64,000 bases of DNA, taken from the human T2T-CHM13v2.0 reference genome, Homo sapiens. The DNA is taken from NCBI RefSeq assembly GCF_009914755.1, contig NC_060941.1. The stretch is one strand, 5' to 3'. Within the stretch, counting starts at the first letter, position 1; each line of letters starts with the position of its first letter. Both the position numbers and the translations under genes were made by a program. The notes beneath the pieces were generated by a model. That model searched no databases, was not told where the DNA came from, and saw only the letters and a list, made by a program, of their open reading frames with translations. Below are positions 61,801-64,000 of the stretch, one piece after another.

Positions 61801-64000
61801 AAATAATTTAAAAACTGATATTTTTTAAAGATTCAAGTATAGAAAACAGAAAATTAGGCAATAACCTCATGACAAGGGGTCAACTGAAAGCCCTGACTTG
61901 ACAATTCTGTCTTCATATTATCAGATTGCTTTTGAACATTTATCTAGCTTGCGTTGTAGTCCTGTATATGGGGGCTGGGGGGTGGATAATCACTGATGGG
62001 AAAATTATTTTCCATAACATCCTCACATCAGAGAGATCTAATTTTCATTCGGATATGTCTTGAGTTTTGTCACAGACTTAAAAGCACATAGCTACGTGGC
62101 AAAACTTTTTCTTCTTTTCTTCCTACTAAAGAATGTTGAGTAAAATTTGACATTGCTAAATGTGGTGATCTGACATCATACAGAGAAAGAGTGGTGCTGT
62201 AACTTGCCGGCTCAGTTTTCCAGCTGTGATTTATGCTAACCATTAACACGTCTGCAGTTTACAAGTCTATGTCTGCCACCTTACACAGAGACCCACAGCC
62301 TGGAACGCAAAGCCACACACAAATGAACCGCACTCTTAGCAGAAAGGTAGAGCTGAATACAAGAGGCACGCAGCGCTTATCCTGGAGCTTGCTAACCATT
62401 AACCAAAGGCACTCTTTTATCCCAAACTGTCTGAGGATTAAAAGGGGTTGTAGCTGGCCAACATAAACTAAACTCCAATCATAGAAGAAATGTCAGTAAT
62501 TTTTCTTTACCTTTGCCATTTTACAACCTGATTTTAAAAATGTACTTTGATTATAGGATTGCCTATCGAAAGTGGTCTTCCAAAAACCTGTTTTTGAATG
62601 GATCATCAGGAAGATTGGGTTCATTCGAAAGGTTCCCCAGCCTCATCTTATTTTTTTTTAAAAGTTTATATTGTAGTTTCGAGATACCTCTGAAATATAA
62701 AAGTAGTATTACAAGGTCAGGAAAATAAGGACATATATTGCTTTAAATGTGTGACAAGACCATAAGTTTCAAGAGGGTAAACATCTTCCTTTGGATTTTA
62801 CCAAAATTCATTCAAAGCAATTTTTAGATGGTAGAATATTTAAGATGGCTATTTAAATTTTATATTGTGTACAAGTTCAATAAGGGGTATTTTAGAAGAA
62901 TTGAAAGACATGAAAAACAAGGGTAGTTTTCTGCCCCAGATTCTGATGAATTTTGATACATTTTTGACAAACATTATATTTCTTCTTTAATGGTGTTCCT
63001 CAAACAAGACAGCTAGCAAAATATTTGAATTGCCACGTATAATGTCACATTTTAATGTAAACATCAAATAAGGTACCAAAATTTTTACTGGAGAGAAAAA
63101 AACCCAAACCTTAAAGCGGCACAATTCTTTATACCACTGGAGAAGAGGGAAGCCAGGTTACAAACATTTACACATGCATAGTGAGAAAAAAAGAATTTTA
63201 CTAAATTCACGCATTTTTAAAATAGTTATCAAGTCTACTAAGCACCAACAATCCTAAAAATTTTTCAGCTTCTTGATTTGTTTAAAAAAAAAAACACACA
63301 CTATCAAATTAACATTAAAAACAAGCTTGAAGTGTAGCTTGTCCAAAAAATAACTAAGTATGCCAACGTTTTTTTCACATTTCAAAAAACAGTGGCATAC
63401 AAAATATGCCTGCAAAGAATGCCTTTAACTCTATCCTATGGTGGATGGAGATTACAACAACACATCATACATAGTCTAAAACTATAAAAGTTTTAGAATG
63501 CAGCATCGTGTCACCAAAAAAAAAAAAAAAAGCTGATAAAACTTATTTAGAAGATGCTGCCCCTTTATTTTAAAAAAAATTTAAATGAATTTAAGCAAAA
63601 ATAACATACATTTGTACATCAACTGGCCATTTCTGGTACAGAAACCCAGCATGTGGTAATATTATTGAATAAATGTAAATGCTACTTACAATTTTTTTTT
63701 CTTTTTAAATACATTTTAGACAAACTTTTCTTTTTTTTTTTTTTTTTATAGTTGCACAATTAACCTCTTGGCTGCTAGCTTGATGCAAACATATGTAACA
63801 ATACACAAATTTAAAAATTTTTTTATTCTACATAAAAGCTGTCAAAGTTTTGACACATCAAAAATGCAAAATAATGGAATATACTTTAAAAAAATTAGTT
63901 GCAAGTCTAGCAGCAAAGCAATTAAGTGAGAACATATTTAATATTAAAACAAAGGGAACTGTGCATCTATAGATGAAGTCCAACTACCTTAATTCTACTG

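Overview
Human (primate) genomic DNA, recognisable as the 17q24 calcium-channel gamma-subunit cluster. On the + strand are exons 2-4 and the 3'UTR of CACNG4 (TARP gamma-4; exon 1 lies upstream of the window) and the complete four-exon CACNG1 gene (skeletal-muscle Cav1.1 gamma-1, 222 aa). The last ~7.8 kb is an AT-rich, repeat-poor block that reads as a long minus-strand 3'UTR. I assign it to HELZ from recalled gene order; no HELZ coding sequence is visible here. The rest is intronic or intergenic and dense in Alu, L1, L2/MIR, MaLR/ERV LTRs and DNA-transposon MITEs, with three tandem arrays. I found no new protein-coding gene, RNA gene or CRISPR-like system. The most interesting unexplained signals: (i) a 7x18-bp array in CACNG1 intron 1 whose units are back-to-back acceptor/donor motifs and would form an in-frame Gly/Ser cassette; (ii) an acceptor + stop + AATAAA + GU-array cassette in CACNG4 intron 3 that looks like a micro terminal exon; (iii) uniform phase-1 introns allowing in-frame skipping, circularisation and cross-gene chimeras; (iv) MEF2/E-box clusters around CACNG1. 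All are hypotheses from sequence alone. Repeat subfamily names are from recalled consensus motifs and their boundaries are approximate.
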